A stretch of 62,241 bases of DNA, filler included, from Choristocarpus tenellus KU-1152 (taxonomy: Eukaryota; Protista; Phaeophyceae): NCBI GenBank assembly GCA_964200185.2. It is 11 parts of 11 records of this genome, joined end to end, with 100 filler letters (N's around TTAATTAATTAA, not from the genome) between each part and the next. Parts side by side here need not be neighbours in the genome. Positions count along the whole stretch, not along the records: positions 9,736 to 16,992 come from CAXNAD020006452.1; positions 17,093 to 20,575 come from CAXNAD020019727.1; positions 20,676 to 29,038 come from CAXNAD020004807.1; 8 more parts are not named here. One strand, written 5' to 3'. A program made the translations under genes and the position numbers. This document shows, piece after piece, positions 13,973 through 27,189 of the stretch. Under the pieces are notes generated by a model, which did no database searches, was not told the origin of the DNA, and saw only the letters and a program-made list of their open reading frames with translations. The stretch's first letter is position 1. The number at the start of each line of letters is the position of its first letter.

Positions 13973-15075
13973 TTCTCGAAATACTCAGAACTACTACAGC
14001 GTTACACCTGTGGTGGAATTCCATCAGCTCTGCTGGCAACCAAGCCAACAATAGTAACGCAAAAGGCTCTCCATTTTATCCAGTATCTGATCGTAAACTG
14101 GAAGTGTTTCACCTCGCTAAACTAATATTTACAAACCCCAGAATGTTATCATAGCCATTGCCATAGGACACTGAAAATAAAAATACTAAGTGGGATTGTG
14201 ATCTTTGGTGGCGAGTCCACATGTTATTCTATTCATAATGGGCGTAACCAAATTGGTGGAGGGTGCAGTGATGGACTGACAGGAAGCACGAATGAGACAG
14301 GCAACTATATGAATTTGTTGTTGTGTAAAATTGGTATTTTTTGGCTTGATGGACAATCATTGATCGATTTGGACTACAAACCAGTCACCTGCGTCAGAGT
14401 CGAGTTGCAGCAATACTTATGGTGAAGATCGAGCTCAAAACATATCCTTGGGACCCCTATCTAATGGAAATCGTTCAACCTGTCATATATGGACACAATC
14501 CCTCCAAGGTGGGTATTCTATGCCACTGTCCGTCCATGCTTCCAGTGTCTATTGTGTCTTCCACGACATGCTGCAACTATGGTCATCAGAGAAGCTACAC
14601 TGTCTGTGAGTCCCTAACTAGACACAATTAGTTTCACAATGCCAAAACTTAACTACATATCGAGGACACAGCAGTCCATCGACAAATTGTTGATGGCTTC
14701 CCCTACTAATGTGTAGAGAGTGATGTTGATGCGAAAAAATGAACGATCGACTTTGATCTATATCCCACAGGAGCTTGTGCGACCAGCCCTCATAAGCAGC
14801 ATTGTAACACCCCCCAAGAGTATTATCATAGTAGTCCTCAAAAGCGTTTGAGTATCACCTGTGAACGGCAGCATCCCACTGCACCCGAAATATCAGCCAT
14901 TGAAGGAGTTCACTTTAGCCCACTGTGAATTCGACCAGTCAAGCTCGCCTGTAGTCTTTCCACCAACTACGAACGATATTAATTGGGTGATCCCTCCTTC
15001 CGAGTGGTGAGACCGCCCCCTATATGCCAGGTGGTACTGTGGAAGGACTACAGTGGACGGCAGTGCATACCTTAC

Positions 15076-15908
15076 CTAGACACCAGCACCCAACGGTTTC
15101 ATGTACGCTGAGGATTCGCTTAAATTCGACAGTATTTCGGGACAACTATGGGGTATATTGCCTTTTATTTGGAAAGTATCCTTTCCTCTGATTGGCTGAA
15201 TGTGAGTTGGACTTTGGAAGGGATATTATGTTTCAATTCAAAAGAAAAGTCCCCGAGAATGTGGGATTTGGGATTGGATGTAATAGGATTATGTCTACAT
15301 CAATGAGGTATGACTCTGATAATAGTGTTTTGGAAGGGGGTATGTTTTTTGTAGTTTTGTCTTTGTTTTATTGGTCTGCCATATCCACATAATGGATAAT
15401 AGAGTCCCATTTGCGGTAAATGCCATGAAGTCGTACCATCCCACCCTCAAACGATTATTAGTGCGTAGAAATCGGGAATTTCCAGGATTTTATGTGGGTC
15501 CTCCTGTTCTGTCCAAAATATACCACCTCCTATTATTATCATTGGTCCAGAATGGAATTTCAAATTGAATGACGGTTTCATCTTGGGACGCACAAGGTAG
15601 GATTGAAGTTCGTAAACATCAAGGATATCAATCTAGAGCGAAGTGCCGGGGACGGGGGAGGGAGTCTGAGAAGGACAGGCATGAGAGTGTTCGGCAGACG
15701 ACACCACCGCCGCCATCATGGAGGCGGAGGGTTGAGATTTTCCAAGTTAAAAAGCGCAAGATACTCGGAAAAGCAAGGGTGGGTGCGAGCGAATGGTCGT
15801 TCCAGTTTCAATCTGTTTGAAAATGGATGCAAATGGGCACCTTACCTTCAAATAAGCTGCGAACAATCCACGTATTGTGCGCCCTTCTTCTATGGCTGCG
15901 AGCGCCAT
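15076..15908 (-). CDS. Candidate first two exons of an unidentified gene (possibly the 5' end of the Zn2Cys6 gene)
   Basis: ATG exon 15908-15846 (MALAAIEEGRTIRGLFAAYLK, GTAAGG donor) is in phase with exon 15145-15076 (LSRNTVEFKRILSVHETVGCWCL, GTAAGG donor). No homology recognised. Confidence 0.3.
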
Positions 15909-18749
15909 GATTTTGAACCACCCGAATATAATAGAGTAGAACGGAGTCGTAGTCTTGATATTACGCAGTTGATTGACATAATGCTTCAAGCACAATTCGA
16001 ATGAGTGGTCTATGACATAGGACATTAATGGTGTCTATATTCAGGTATTCCACAGCTCACCCTCCAAACAGCTCGTTTGCTACCGATAGGAGAGGAAGGA
16101 TCAAAGCTGGTTCACTAAGCCAGGTGAGTCAAACCAACTGAGAGGTAGGGAGGGTTGCATTTTAAGGATGTCGAGAAAGGGCAAAAAATCAATTTTGTTC
16201 AATTGCAGAAGGGCCTTTGCTGAATTGTGGAGCCACTTTGTGTGCGGAGTGGGGGATATCAATGTTGCGTAGATTATTGTGCAAATTATGCAAAGAAATA
16301 GTGTATTGGATAGGGCAAGAAATATGGCTTAATATGTAGAAGGTACAAACCTGCCTACCTCCCAATTGGTTTGGCTCAGATGTGTGTATATATGTCTATG
16401 TATGCTATTTGGTTGGTGGCTAAGGAGTGATATGAACACTATTGCTAACATCCCAAACAATCAACGAAACATTCAGCATACCCTTGTGACCAAGTACATG
16501 CACTATTTATGAAGTTGTGTTTTGGAGAATATCAGGGGCTCAATTGATCCAGAAGGTTGCGATATTTGAGTGGAAGATTTCATTTTATTTCACAATATTC
16601 TGTAGACTGACGTCTACCCTTCACAGCGCTTGCTATCAAAGAAAGCAAGCAGCAGAAAAAAAAAAAATGAACGCTTGCCTGGTTATATTTCCTCACAAAT
16701 AGTAAGTGATTTATTTCGGGGAAAGTTTCCCGAATATTCTCCCCTTCTGTTGTTGCCTGTATGGCTGTACTTTTTTTTTCTTTTAGAACAACTTGACGTG
16801 ATTTGCTATTTGTACTACACACACTACGTACTATACAATGCATGCGTGATTTAGTCAGACTGAGTTCACTTTTGAATTGTTGCTTTTGCAATTCTAACAT
16901 GTGGATATGATACTGTTGTATCAATATTCAGTTTGTGACCCCCCTCCACCTCCGCGCCCCCCCCACACCCCCCCTCCTCTCCCTTCTTTCCTNNNNNNNN
17001 NNNNNNNNNNNNNNNNNNNNNNNNNNNNNNNNNNNNTTAATTAATTAANNNNNNNNNNNNNNNNNNNNNNNNNNNNNNNNNNNNNNNNNNNNTGACTTTG
17101 CCCCCAATGGGCCCCCTTGTGTGGCCCCCCCCCCCCCCCCCCAGATATTTTGGGTCATATGTGGTACCACAACTATGATATTGGATCAAATAATGTTGAG
17201 GAAAATTTTAGTAAATGCGTATGTCCTCATTAACTATTGGACACTAAATAAATACTAAGTAAATATTGGTTGGTTATACTCAATTAAACTGTCACTGTTG
17301 ATATAGGTGAAAACGTGCCATTTCCCCTCAATAACTCAGGGGGAAACAAATGAAATATATGCCCCTGTATGATATGTTTAAGTTGGTATCCTCTAGAAAG
17401 TATCCTATGCTACGATTTTTCCACACATAACTACATCTAACTCCTGACAGGTCGCGCGATTCCCAGCCGCAATTCAACGCACAATGATTTTTGAAAAAAT
17501 ATTGTGAAAGAGGATTTAGGATGCTGCTAAAGACATCTCACGCTTGTTTCCACCTTCAGGGAACCCCCCCCTACTTCAGTCTTCTGGCCTTGGTCAAGTC
17601 GCGTGTTCCCCAGTGATAGTAGCTGTTTTTGTGGATACATGAGTGTTTTTGCTTCACGCTTATACCCTCCCTTTTCCTTGATAACAACTTAGCTATAGCT
17701 AGAGATCTCCCCTGATTAGAAATGAGGTGAACAAAAAATCTATGTGTCGAATGTTGGGGTTCTGGGGTGTCGTTCCCCGCTTACTGCAATCCACCTGTGC
17801 TTTTTATGACTGGGGGAAGATTACCAAGTTCAACGACCCTCCTACATCATCAACAGTGTATGCAAAGAAGAAGACTGCACCACAACTTCGATATTATAAT
17901 GCAGATATACTTCCATCCCACAAACAAATCTATCCAAAACTCAACCTTGCGTTCCCCAGACATCCAATCCTTCCATATGCACACATTTTATTTGACTACA
18001 ATTGTAGAAGATACTGCATGAAGCTACGTTACTTTTCCTCTGCACAGAACTCAAATTTAAAGTCTGTTTTGATTCAAAACTGCAACACCGAAACTTCAAT
18101 TTCCACCTTAAGCTTCTCCAACATGCTGTAATTGACCAGATTTGTCTTGATATCTGGTTTTATGATCCTTTTTGAGGTGATGCACCCGCTTCCATGTGGG
18201 TCCACCGTCTCTAGTCTATTTTTTCGCTTGTAACACAATTATTTCCAATACAAAAAAAAAAATAGTCGGGAGAGGAGGAATGCCGTGTAAGAAAGCAACA
18301 AACATCGCAACAGAAGAAGATGTAACCAGAGTTCTTGTGTATGTAAAACAAGAAATAATTAAGCTACAAATTTCAATACCTAGAGCGACACTATTAGAAG
18401 AAGGCAGGTACGAAGTATAGTCGGGAAGAATCCCACGAATCTATCAAGCCTCTCCTACCTAGCACATCGACTCGGAGATCTCCAGTTTGAAAAAAACAAC
18501 TGGAGATTGCCGTTAAGTATGAACTCACACAATCTGTAGCAGGGGTGCCATCACTGATCCCCTCCTACTTAAACCCTCACCTCCCCAATCATCTACAACA
18601 TGATAAGTTCTTAGTCCATCCATAAACTCCTCTTTATTTCTGTGTACCAAGAAACCTGAAGCTTTTATCGGGAAGGGGCTGACGTTAATACTACGAGGGT
18701 CAGAACATCTCTCATCGAGGTAGCTGTTTCGGTCTGGGGTACACTAAGG

Positions 18750-19700
18750 TGGTACCAGTAGCTTTGCCCACTGTGGTAATCTTGTTTTTTCCACCAGAAT
18801 GCCACCACATTTATTCAACATTGTATATATCAAATGAAAGGGTATGGCAAGAACTTTTGAAGCTTTGTATGCACGAATGTCCAGTCTTCGAGGAACGGGA
18901 CCTATTTTCCGTTCAAATAATGGCAAAAGCGCGGGGGAACATCTCCGGCGCACTTTTGAAGGTGAAGACTTCAAAACGGACAAAAATGAAGTGGTTGACC
19001 GAACTCCTTGCAAAAATCTGGTCCGGGGTAGGTCCCTACCCAAGTTGTGCAGTGTGGCGACAACAAAGAAAAAAACAAGATTTCCGGACATCTTTTTATA
19101 GCCTTTTGCAGACTTTCTGTTAGCACACACATGCGTGACTTAACAGCAACATTAACCACGACGGTGAGACAAGGAGAGCCACCTAGGCCACTCTGCCCCC
19201 TGGATCTACCCTCGGCGCCTTCTCTGTCGAGAGGCGACGAAAATACAAGTATTGTGTGACACCCAGTGCGATGTTAGGTGACGAGAAAGTGCGAGTAGTG
19301 TGGCGTGGCAGCATAATCAAATCGTGAAATGGATCACGGGGCCGCGACGCTGACGCTGAGAGAAGAAAGATGCACTGAAAGCATTACCATACAAACGTGG
19401 TTGGATTTTCAACCACATCGGATCATTGCTCTGCAGTCTCTGCCGCCTCAGGAAAGCAGGAAGAGAGCGGCAAGTCCATCACCAGGTGGTACAGTGACGA
19501 TGTCTGTGGGGAAGCCTGGTCACGGCAGGCAAAGGGAGAACCGGGGTGGCCTCCCGAAGGGAACATTGGGGAAGAGAGCAGTGCGACTACGTGCCATTGC
19601 GCTCAGGAAACGCCTAAGTGAAAACCCGAGTGTAGAATATCTTAGTAGTCGACAGTTGCACTAGGCCCTGGCTGTTTGTAAGGTATGCGAACCGGAGTGG
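18750..19700 (+). mobile_element. Degenerate non-LTR retrotransposon (RTE-like LINE) reverse transcriptase remnant
   Basis: Frame-broken pieces resemble LINE RT: PVALPTVV; RDLFSVQIMAKAR; DFK..VDRT..LVR...PKLCSV; and C-terminal HGAATLTL ... GLPKGTLG (cf. YGxxTWT, RLPK). Boundaries approximate. Confidence 0.5.
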
Positions 19701-20849
19701 CTTAAGGAAACGAGAAAGAAGGTATTAGGATTGGGGTACAAGGGCTCTGAAGCCCGAAAGAAGGTCGAAAGAAGGTCGAAAGGGCCCGCAAGATGGAGCA
19801 GAAAGCGATCGTACAAAAGGCAGCAGTGGAGACTTTTCGATACCACCAAATCCTCTATTTAGAAGAGGTCGCGAAGCAAGTGGAGGTAGCTATCGACATG
19901 GACGCCAGGGAATAAGAGGAGGTGAGATTGAGACTAATTGCACACCGATGGTTTGGTGTCTCCCACTTCTTGCAAGATGCCATACATTTACTCTTGTTCC
20001 TGGACTTAGGGTTGGACGTATAAAGTTGATTAAGCCTTTCTTCAAGCGTGCATTCATTCAAGAAATCAACACAGGAAGAAATGGGGACACTTTTTTCCTG
20101 TCTAAACCCTGTACTTTAATAAAGTAATAGTGCATCTGTTGTGGCTCTTGGTGACCTATAATCCAGGTTTCGAACCCTGTACTCTGGAGGCTCTTGTGAT
20201 GGGCATCATGAGTACGCTTTTATTTTTTATCCGATGTCTACATCAAACGTTATGACAGGACAACATTAGAGGGTGAAGCTACTGGTACCACTATGTTAAA
20301 ACATAGCCTACTCATTTGTTCCTTGTTGATATGATACACATCTACCAGCTTGTACTGACTGTTGATTGGTGCACTGCACTGGTTGTTAGTGTTCATTTAT
20401 TTGTTGCATTCCAACTCATCATCACATTGATGACAGTAGAGTAGATAGAAGTATAGCATCAGTTGATATTCAGTTGATCCACATCACACACAGGAACACC
20501 GTAGCACACGTCATCCAAGTTACTTCGGAACTTGCATCAAGTGCGTTCCACTGTTACCTTGTGTTCCCCTTTCTANNNNNNNNNNNNNNNNNNNNNNNNN
20601 NNNNNNNNNNNNNNNNNNNTTAATTAATTAANNNNNNNNNNNNNNNNNNNNNNNNNNNNNNNNNNNNNNNNNNNNCCAAAAGGGCCCCCTGGGGTAGGCC
20701 CCCCCCCCCCCCCCCCAGATACTTTGAGCCAGTGTCAGTGCCCACCCATCAAGATCTATGCCAATCAGTATCCGCTCAAATGTCAATGCCACTATAACTA
20801 AAATCTGTTGCCTCCAGGTCAAATAGGGCCAGGTCATCCTCATCACAGT

Positions 20850-21650
20850 AAATGCAGCCACCACCATATTTCTTACCCCCCTTGGTCTTGTAATGTTTCA
20901 GGAGCTTGGATGAGATCTGCCCTAATATAGCAGATCTTTTTCGGCACCACTGGTCCCATTTTGGAGTGTTTTCCTTCCTGTATATCTGTAAGGGCGAACA
21001 GTGTTTATCAGCACTACGAATACACATATACATATATGTAACAGATATGTATATATTCAGCATGGTACAATAACAAGAGATCAACAAGTACTGCATACTT
21101 GTACTTATTGCCATATACTTACCACCGAGGAGAGCCCAGCTTTGGTCGCATCTTGATGAGGATGGACACTTGGACAGGATACTGCACACTACCTGAAGCA
21201 GTTCTGGAAGGTCCACGCCACCAAAGGAATCCCACCATCCATTGTCCACCTGGTCATGGCCAACATTGGTTTATTGTCCTGTATCATTAACCCAAAGAGT
21301 CAACACCTTCTTATTCACTCTACCCCTGTTTGAATTCAGGATCGATGATGACACTGTGGCTTACCTTAAACCTGGCATCTCTCAACCTGATCTCCTTGTT
21401 CTTGTTCTTCTTCCCATGCGATGCTCTTCTTGTGCAGTTTGTGGATGAGCTCTTAGACTTCCGTCGATGGTTTCAAGCACATACAACATCATACCCTTCA
21501 TATCCCCCAAAGCACCGAATTAAGTGCGACCCTGCTGAATGAATTAGTTCTGCACGATGTATATTCCACTTCAACATTTTCTGCCTTCTTCAACCTCCCT
21601 GGTGTATCCGATCAGTCGGCAATTATGACGCGATTTGGACTCACCCTGAG
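20850..21650 (-). mobile_element. hAT transposase remnant (C-terminal dimerisation region), pseudogenised
   Basis: WNIHRAELIHSAG; GWWDSFGGVDLPELLQVVCSILSKCPSSSRCDQSW (cf. WW..G...PEL..LA..ILS...SSS.CERNWS); after a GTAAGT..TTACAG intron comes KKICYIRADL (cf. KLVYV..NL). Stops and frameshifts are present. Confidence 0.75.
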
Positions 21651-22998
21651 TACTGATGGTTGCAGGTTGTGCAGAGGAACGTGTTCCAAACAAAAAGAAC
21701 TGCCTGAGATATCGGCCGAGTGCACAGAAGATGGGCATAGTAGTAGTGTCGATGCTTTGTGTGCGCGCGCGCGTGTGTTCTGTGCGTTCTTCCTCTCATC
21801 CAGAACAGTTGTTGGTGGCACCATATGCCATTTCTACAGGCAGTGTCGACTATTCCTATTGTAAGGTATCATGGAATACATCTCTTTGCCTACACCAGGG
21901 GCAGCAGTTGTGCATACCTTCCTGAATGTTGTCTAGTTGGTGGCTGATTATGGTGATTCTTACGTCAGGTTGCGCAACAATCAGTCAGGTATATTCAGTG
22001 GGTGGGAGAATTTTGTATATATCCCCCAATATGTACACCTACCAAAGTCACCTCTAAATAGGTACTATGATACTAATAATTAACAATATTCCTCTACAAC
22101 TTGTCCCGTCTAAACGATCCTTTGAAATAATTGTTGGAATGTTTAACAACAGGTATTATAATAGAACCATAGTGGAGTGTCCTAGAGAGGGTTGCGGTTG
22201 AGAGGAAGGACCTTCTAGTGTATGTACTCCTTGTTAACCTCTATGATTTCAACTTTTCTTTGTGTTTTCTCGTGATATTTCAAGACAGGGTAGAATCAAA
22301 TACACAATTACGTACAATAGTAACAATAATGGTAGTAGTTCCGTTATGCTTTCAATGTGATCATCGCAATGATTTTTTTTTTCTCAATGAGATCCTACTG
22401 TCACCACTCATTCGTTTGGAGGAACTTTCTGGTAGAACTAATATTATGGTTACAATAATAGTATCGTATATACGAAGATCCCTATACTCTACACTATTGC
22501 TTGTTGGGAACATGTAGTCTACAACAGTACAGTCATACTACCACTACCACTAATTAACTTCGCAATCCCACATTTTTGGTAAATGCAAAAGCCGTACTTC
22601 CTCCACCCAAATAACGCTCAATTAAAGTAGTAATAATGGTGATGCTCTCCTAGATACAGATTTGGGGTGGACATGGGATTTATAATTTTGTGTTCTTTTT
22701 TTTACAGAAAACGTATCAGTGTTTGTGTGTAGGTGCAGTTTGTGATGGTTGAAGAGAGGAAAAATGTTACCATGGACGGTCCCCGAACCCTGCACCAGGC
22801 GTTGAGATTTTGGACCGCCGAGATTAATGCAGACCATTCCTCTATGAGTTTTTGTTTTTCGTTGGTTTATCAGATAGTAGTAGAGGTTGTGTTGATGTCT
22901 TTTCTTACGCCAAAAACTTCAAAGTACACTACTCCCCATTTCTGTCACAGAATGGAGAACCTTGCTCACAAGTGCCTTCTCCACGTGTTCTTGTTGTG

Positions 22999-25900
22999 AT
23001 GGATCCAATGAGGATCTGGGAGGCAGGTGGGCTTTCTTCTGGTCAAGGTGCAAGAATGCAACAGAATGCCCACCCCCGTGAACTTGGAATAATGGACGTG
23101 GTGCGGGGAGGAGATTTCGACGGAACAAAACGTTTTGTCGAGGCTGGTGGCAATGTCAACTCCTACGACTCCGCCACGGAGAGAACTCTGTTGCATACAG
23201 CCAGCCGCCAGGTGTGGATAGTATTTACTGAGCCTGTGCATCCTCTTGTCCAAGTTTCGTGATCACATGAGCACGACACAAACATTTTCAATTTGCCCCA
23301 ACCCTCCAGGGCTACACGGAACTTGTCTCCCTGCTACTCTCACATGGAGCGATCGCAGGGGCCTATACATTGCGTCGATTAACCCCATTGCACCTGGCCG
23401 CTTATCGAGGACATCTTGAAGTCGCTCGTCTACTAGTTGAGGCCTGGGCCCCTGTCGATGACCGTGACATGGCAGGGTCGACGCCTCTGCACCTTGCCAC
23501 TATTAAAGGACACGGGGATGTGGCTCGTTTACTGCTGCAGTGCGGGGCAAACATCGACGGGTTGGAGGGACAGGGGTGGACAGCATTGCATTTCGCTTGT
23601 TGGAAGGGTTACACAGATATCGTCCGCCTTTTTCTACTTCACAGGGCCGACATGGAGGTTGAGTGAGGATGCCGTCAAGCCAGATGCTCATGCTCATTGC
23701 TATATCTTCAATATTTTACATGCGCAGTTGCAATGCATACTTTCGAAGCCGTATGGCAACTCACTGCAACAGATTCGAAAAATGGCCTGTCGTCTCAACC
23801 ATCAGATAATGCCCCCCCCCGCTTAAGTGCAGTACTGCGTGTCCAAATACTTGAGCTAGAAACACGAAACAAACTCTGTTGCCACCGATATTGCATGCTG
23901 TATTTGCCAATATCCTTTGGGTCACCAATGACAATGGTGTAGGAGTAGTGTGCTATGAATAAACGTCCATCCAATCACATCTCTACCTTCAGCCCTTTAA
24001 CCCTACTTGATCACTGGTTTTGTGTTGGTATCTGATTTTGTGACCCCTTATCATAGAAATGAACCCAATTCAGGTGGATTTTTTTTCGTTTTTCACATCA
24101 TACAGATTTTTGAACAAAGATGAAAAGTTCTGTTCCCTCAACTGGTTCACATATACCTATTCTCACATTTTGTGCTTTAAATGTGTGCATGTGTTGCTGA
24201 CAGTTCTGCTGGATCTATGGACAATCAAAATTGTCTCATTTATGCCTGTTTTCCTGCCTCTCTAGGTTCGCATTCCGCAAGACAGTGTCACTCCTTTGCA
24301 CCTTGCCTGTATATGGGGACATCGTGAGGTAATTGATTTTGTCTACACAGTGCCATTCTCACCAACTTGTAACAGAGGATAGGTAATAGTCTTTTCACTA
24401 TGGTTGTCATTGGTGGGTGAACTGTGAAGTAGTTGGAGCTACTTGCACTCTTTGACAATGCAGTGCACTTTACCAATCTTTGAACTAAGAATTTCCCCAT
24501 TACGTGTAAGCCCTTCCTTCCATGTTGTCTATCCTCGTACTAACCCCTCTTTTTGTGATCACTCCTCCCCTTGGAAAAAGGTGACCCGTCTACTGCTGTC
24601 ATTTGGAGCAAATGCTTCTTCTAGAAATGCAACTGGCGACCTTCCAGAACATCTCATAGGCACTGGGTTTGGGCTTCGGATAGATGCTGTAAGCGCTCGA
24701 GAGCTTGGGGAGATGATTGTGGGACACCGAGCACGTCTCAGGGGAGGACCAGGTAATACATGTCATCTGGTTGAAATGGGTTTAATTTTTCTTGGCACAT
24801 TTGTTGACCACTGCAAATTAGGCATGTGCTTCTGTGTGCAGTGAAACAGTCAAAAGGCATTTGTTTTGCTCAACTTTATTCCTTTGCTTGATTGCCTGTA
24901 CTGCTGTATTTTTCAGAGCTCACACCATTGCAGCATCTGGTAGAATCTCTCCGAGTCAAGGTGAGCAGTCTTAACCATTGATGATTGATATTTTAGATAT
25001 TAAAGCCTAGGCAGTGCCATTCACTTTGTGGTTTAGAACATACACATCTTACAGAAAGTATGAGGGCATTTAAGTGGCAGGGTTTTATTGTACTTAATCG
25101 GTGAACTACATACTATGACAATGTAGTATACTCAAGTGCACATGAGGTACACTGTACAGAGAGATCTTTGCCAAAAAATATTATGTGAATATATAAGATG
25201 TACATGTGCACAATTGGCACTTGCTCAGTCTAACATAATCATTCATAGCATTGAAAAATGTTGTGGAGAGGCCCATACCCATGTCATATTTACAACTAAC
25301 AATCTCTACACACTTTGGCTTGGGGCAAGAAAGGTATCAGAGCTTGAAGAACAACTCCAGCGGCAATGGCGAGAGAAGCTAGAGCTAATGTCGTATGCTC
25401 GTGATGAAGACCACTTGATTTTTTCGGCTGCTCTTAGGCCAGACTGCATAATGTGCGGGATGAGAACAAAAGAGGCAGTGCTTCACCCGTGCCAGCACCT
25501 TACATCGTGCTGTGATTGTGCAGTTGACCTTTCTAGGTGTGTGTGACGAATGAGCAAAATTTAGTTCAAGTGTACAGGTACAAAGGGGTGATGTTTGATG
25601 TCTCTTATCGAATGGGTTGGTATTTGCACAAGGGTAGTGAAGGATCGGTACATGATGTCTTGAATTAAAACTTGACTGTACTATTGAGTGACAGAATGAC
25701 TTCCAATACAAATTGCGTCTTGATGGTTTGATGTTCAAATCTCTTGTGTTCGGTCGTTTTGTACAATTACTTAGCATTAAGTACAGGGAGTAATTACACA
25801 TCCCAAGTTCTGAAGTTCCTTTGAAAGCACAAAGCTATGCGCCTGGAAAATTTGCAGATTATGTGCTGTGTAGTGTCAAATCTTAGGCATGCTCATTTTC

Positions 25901-27189
25901 ATCACTATTGCTGTTCACAACACCCTTTTACAGGTGCCCTTTCTGTGGGTGTGCTGTAGAGTCATTCCTTTTCCTTGAAAATTCAATGAGTGCTCAGCGA
26001 CTGAAGGATAAAGAAGAGGAGCTGGCTGGGGTCAGGCACCAGTTAGAGCACTTTGAAAATCGGGTAAGAGCTACTGATCTAGCAATAACTTCCTAGGTGG
26101 CACAGTCAGCATTTCAGAATTTTATTAAAATATTACCTTGGTGTTTCAGTTTGTGGAGCACCTGATACAAGTGGAAGATTACTTTGGCTGATATGAAGAC
26201 TATGAAAATATATTTATGGAGGGGTTTTGGTGTCTCTGAAGACCAGTGGTCGACTTTTTCCTCCTTTTCTGTTTTTCTACAAGTTTTTTGTAGCTGGTAC
26301 TTTTGGTTCTCTTTTGGTTTTCTTTTCTGGCTCAATGGTGGTGTTGTATGACAGGGGTGTGAACTGGGGAGGTCCTGATGAAAAGCAAAACTGGGTGGGG
26401 AGGACTCAAAGATAGCTGGAAATCTTCTGGTTCTTGATGGTTGCTGGTGTGTGACACAATAATTTGCTTTGACACCACAGCAACTACTCTTCATGTTAGA
26501 TATTACCTGAGATTAATCTCAATAAGAGGGATTGTAGATGAGGTGTGAAGCAGAACTCTTTACCTTGTTCCTTCTACTGATTATGTTTACACATCACTGA
26601 CATCAGGTACTTCTTGAAGCAAGGCTGTGGTATACAGATTTGTCAGTCAATAGCCCTCCTCCACATCTCGACTACCTACTCAGAAGCAAAGTAGATGCCT
26701 TTTGAAGAAATTCAATGACATGCATGTTACATTGCAATGTGAGATGTTGTAACACCAACCCCATTAAACAATATTTTTGTACAGATACGTAGCCTTGTGG
26801 CCACCAACAGCGAGCTCAAGCTGGAGTTGAGTCACGCCAAAGTTCAGTTGGATGTAGTACCAGAGGGGGACCTCAGACTGGGAGACAGAGGATGGGACTC
26901 AATACACAGAGGCAGTGTTAATCTCCAGGACATTGAACACCCAGGAAAATTGAGTCGTACCAGCTCAAACATTTCAAGTTCGACTAACCCATCACCAGCC
27001 CAGCTTGAAAGACTAATTTCTCGGCATAGCAGGAACTATTCTAAAACCTCTAAAGGCCAATCAGCGCAGTTAGAGGATCAAAAGGAGGGTGATGGGATGG
27101 AGGAAGAGAAAAATCTGCCGGAGATGAAGAGGCAAGGAGGGACTGGTGTCGACCTGCGGGGGGAGTCATCATTGAACCTCAGGTTTTAA
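22999..27189 (+). CDS. Ankyrin-repeat + coiled-coil + RING-HC finger protein (putative E3 ubiquitin ligase), 8 exons, apparently complete
   Basis: Exons ~22999-23211, 23310-23657, 24266-24328, 24581-24752, 24917-24960, 25334-25537, 25934-26063 and 26784-27189. Ankyrin motifs TLLHTA, TPLHLAA, TPLHLAT, TALHFAC, TPLHLAC; RING CIMC..VLHPCQHLTSCCDCAVDLSR/CPFC. Confidence 0.9.

Noticed and set aside
15603-16004. 133-aa plus-strand ORF with RHHRRHHGGGG
   Set aside because: Non-ATG start, no recognisable domain, and it overlaps a better-supported minus-strand exon.
20165-20185. tRNA/SINE B-box-like GGTTTCGAACCC
   Set aside because: No A-box or cloverleaf nearby. No tRNA or rRNA genes were recognised in the window.
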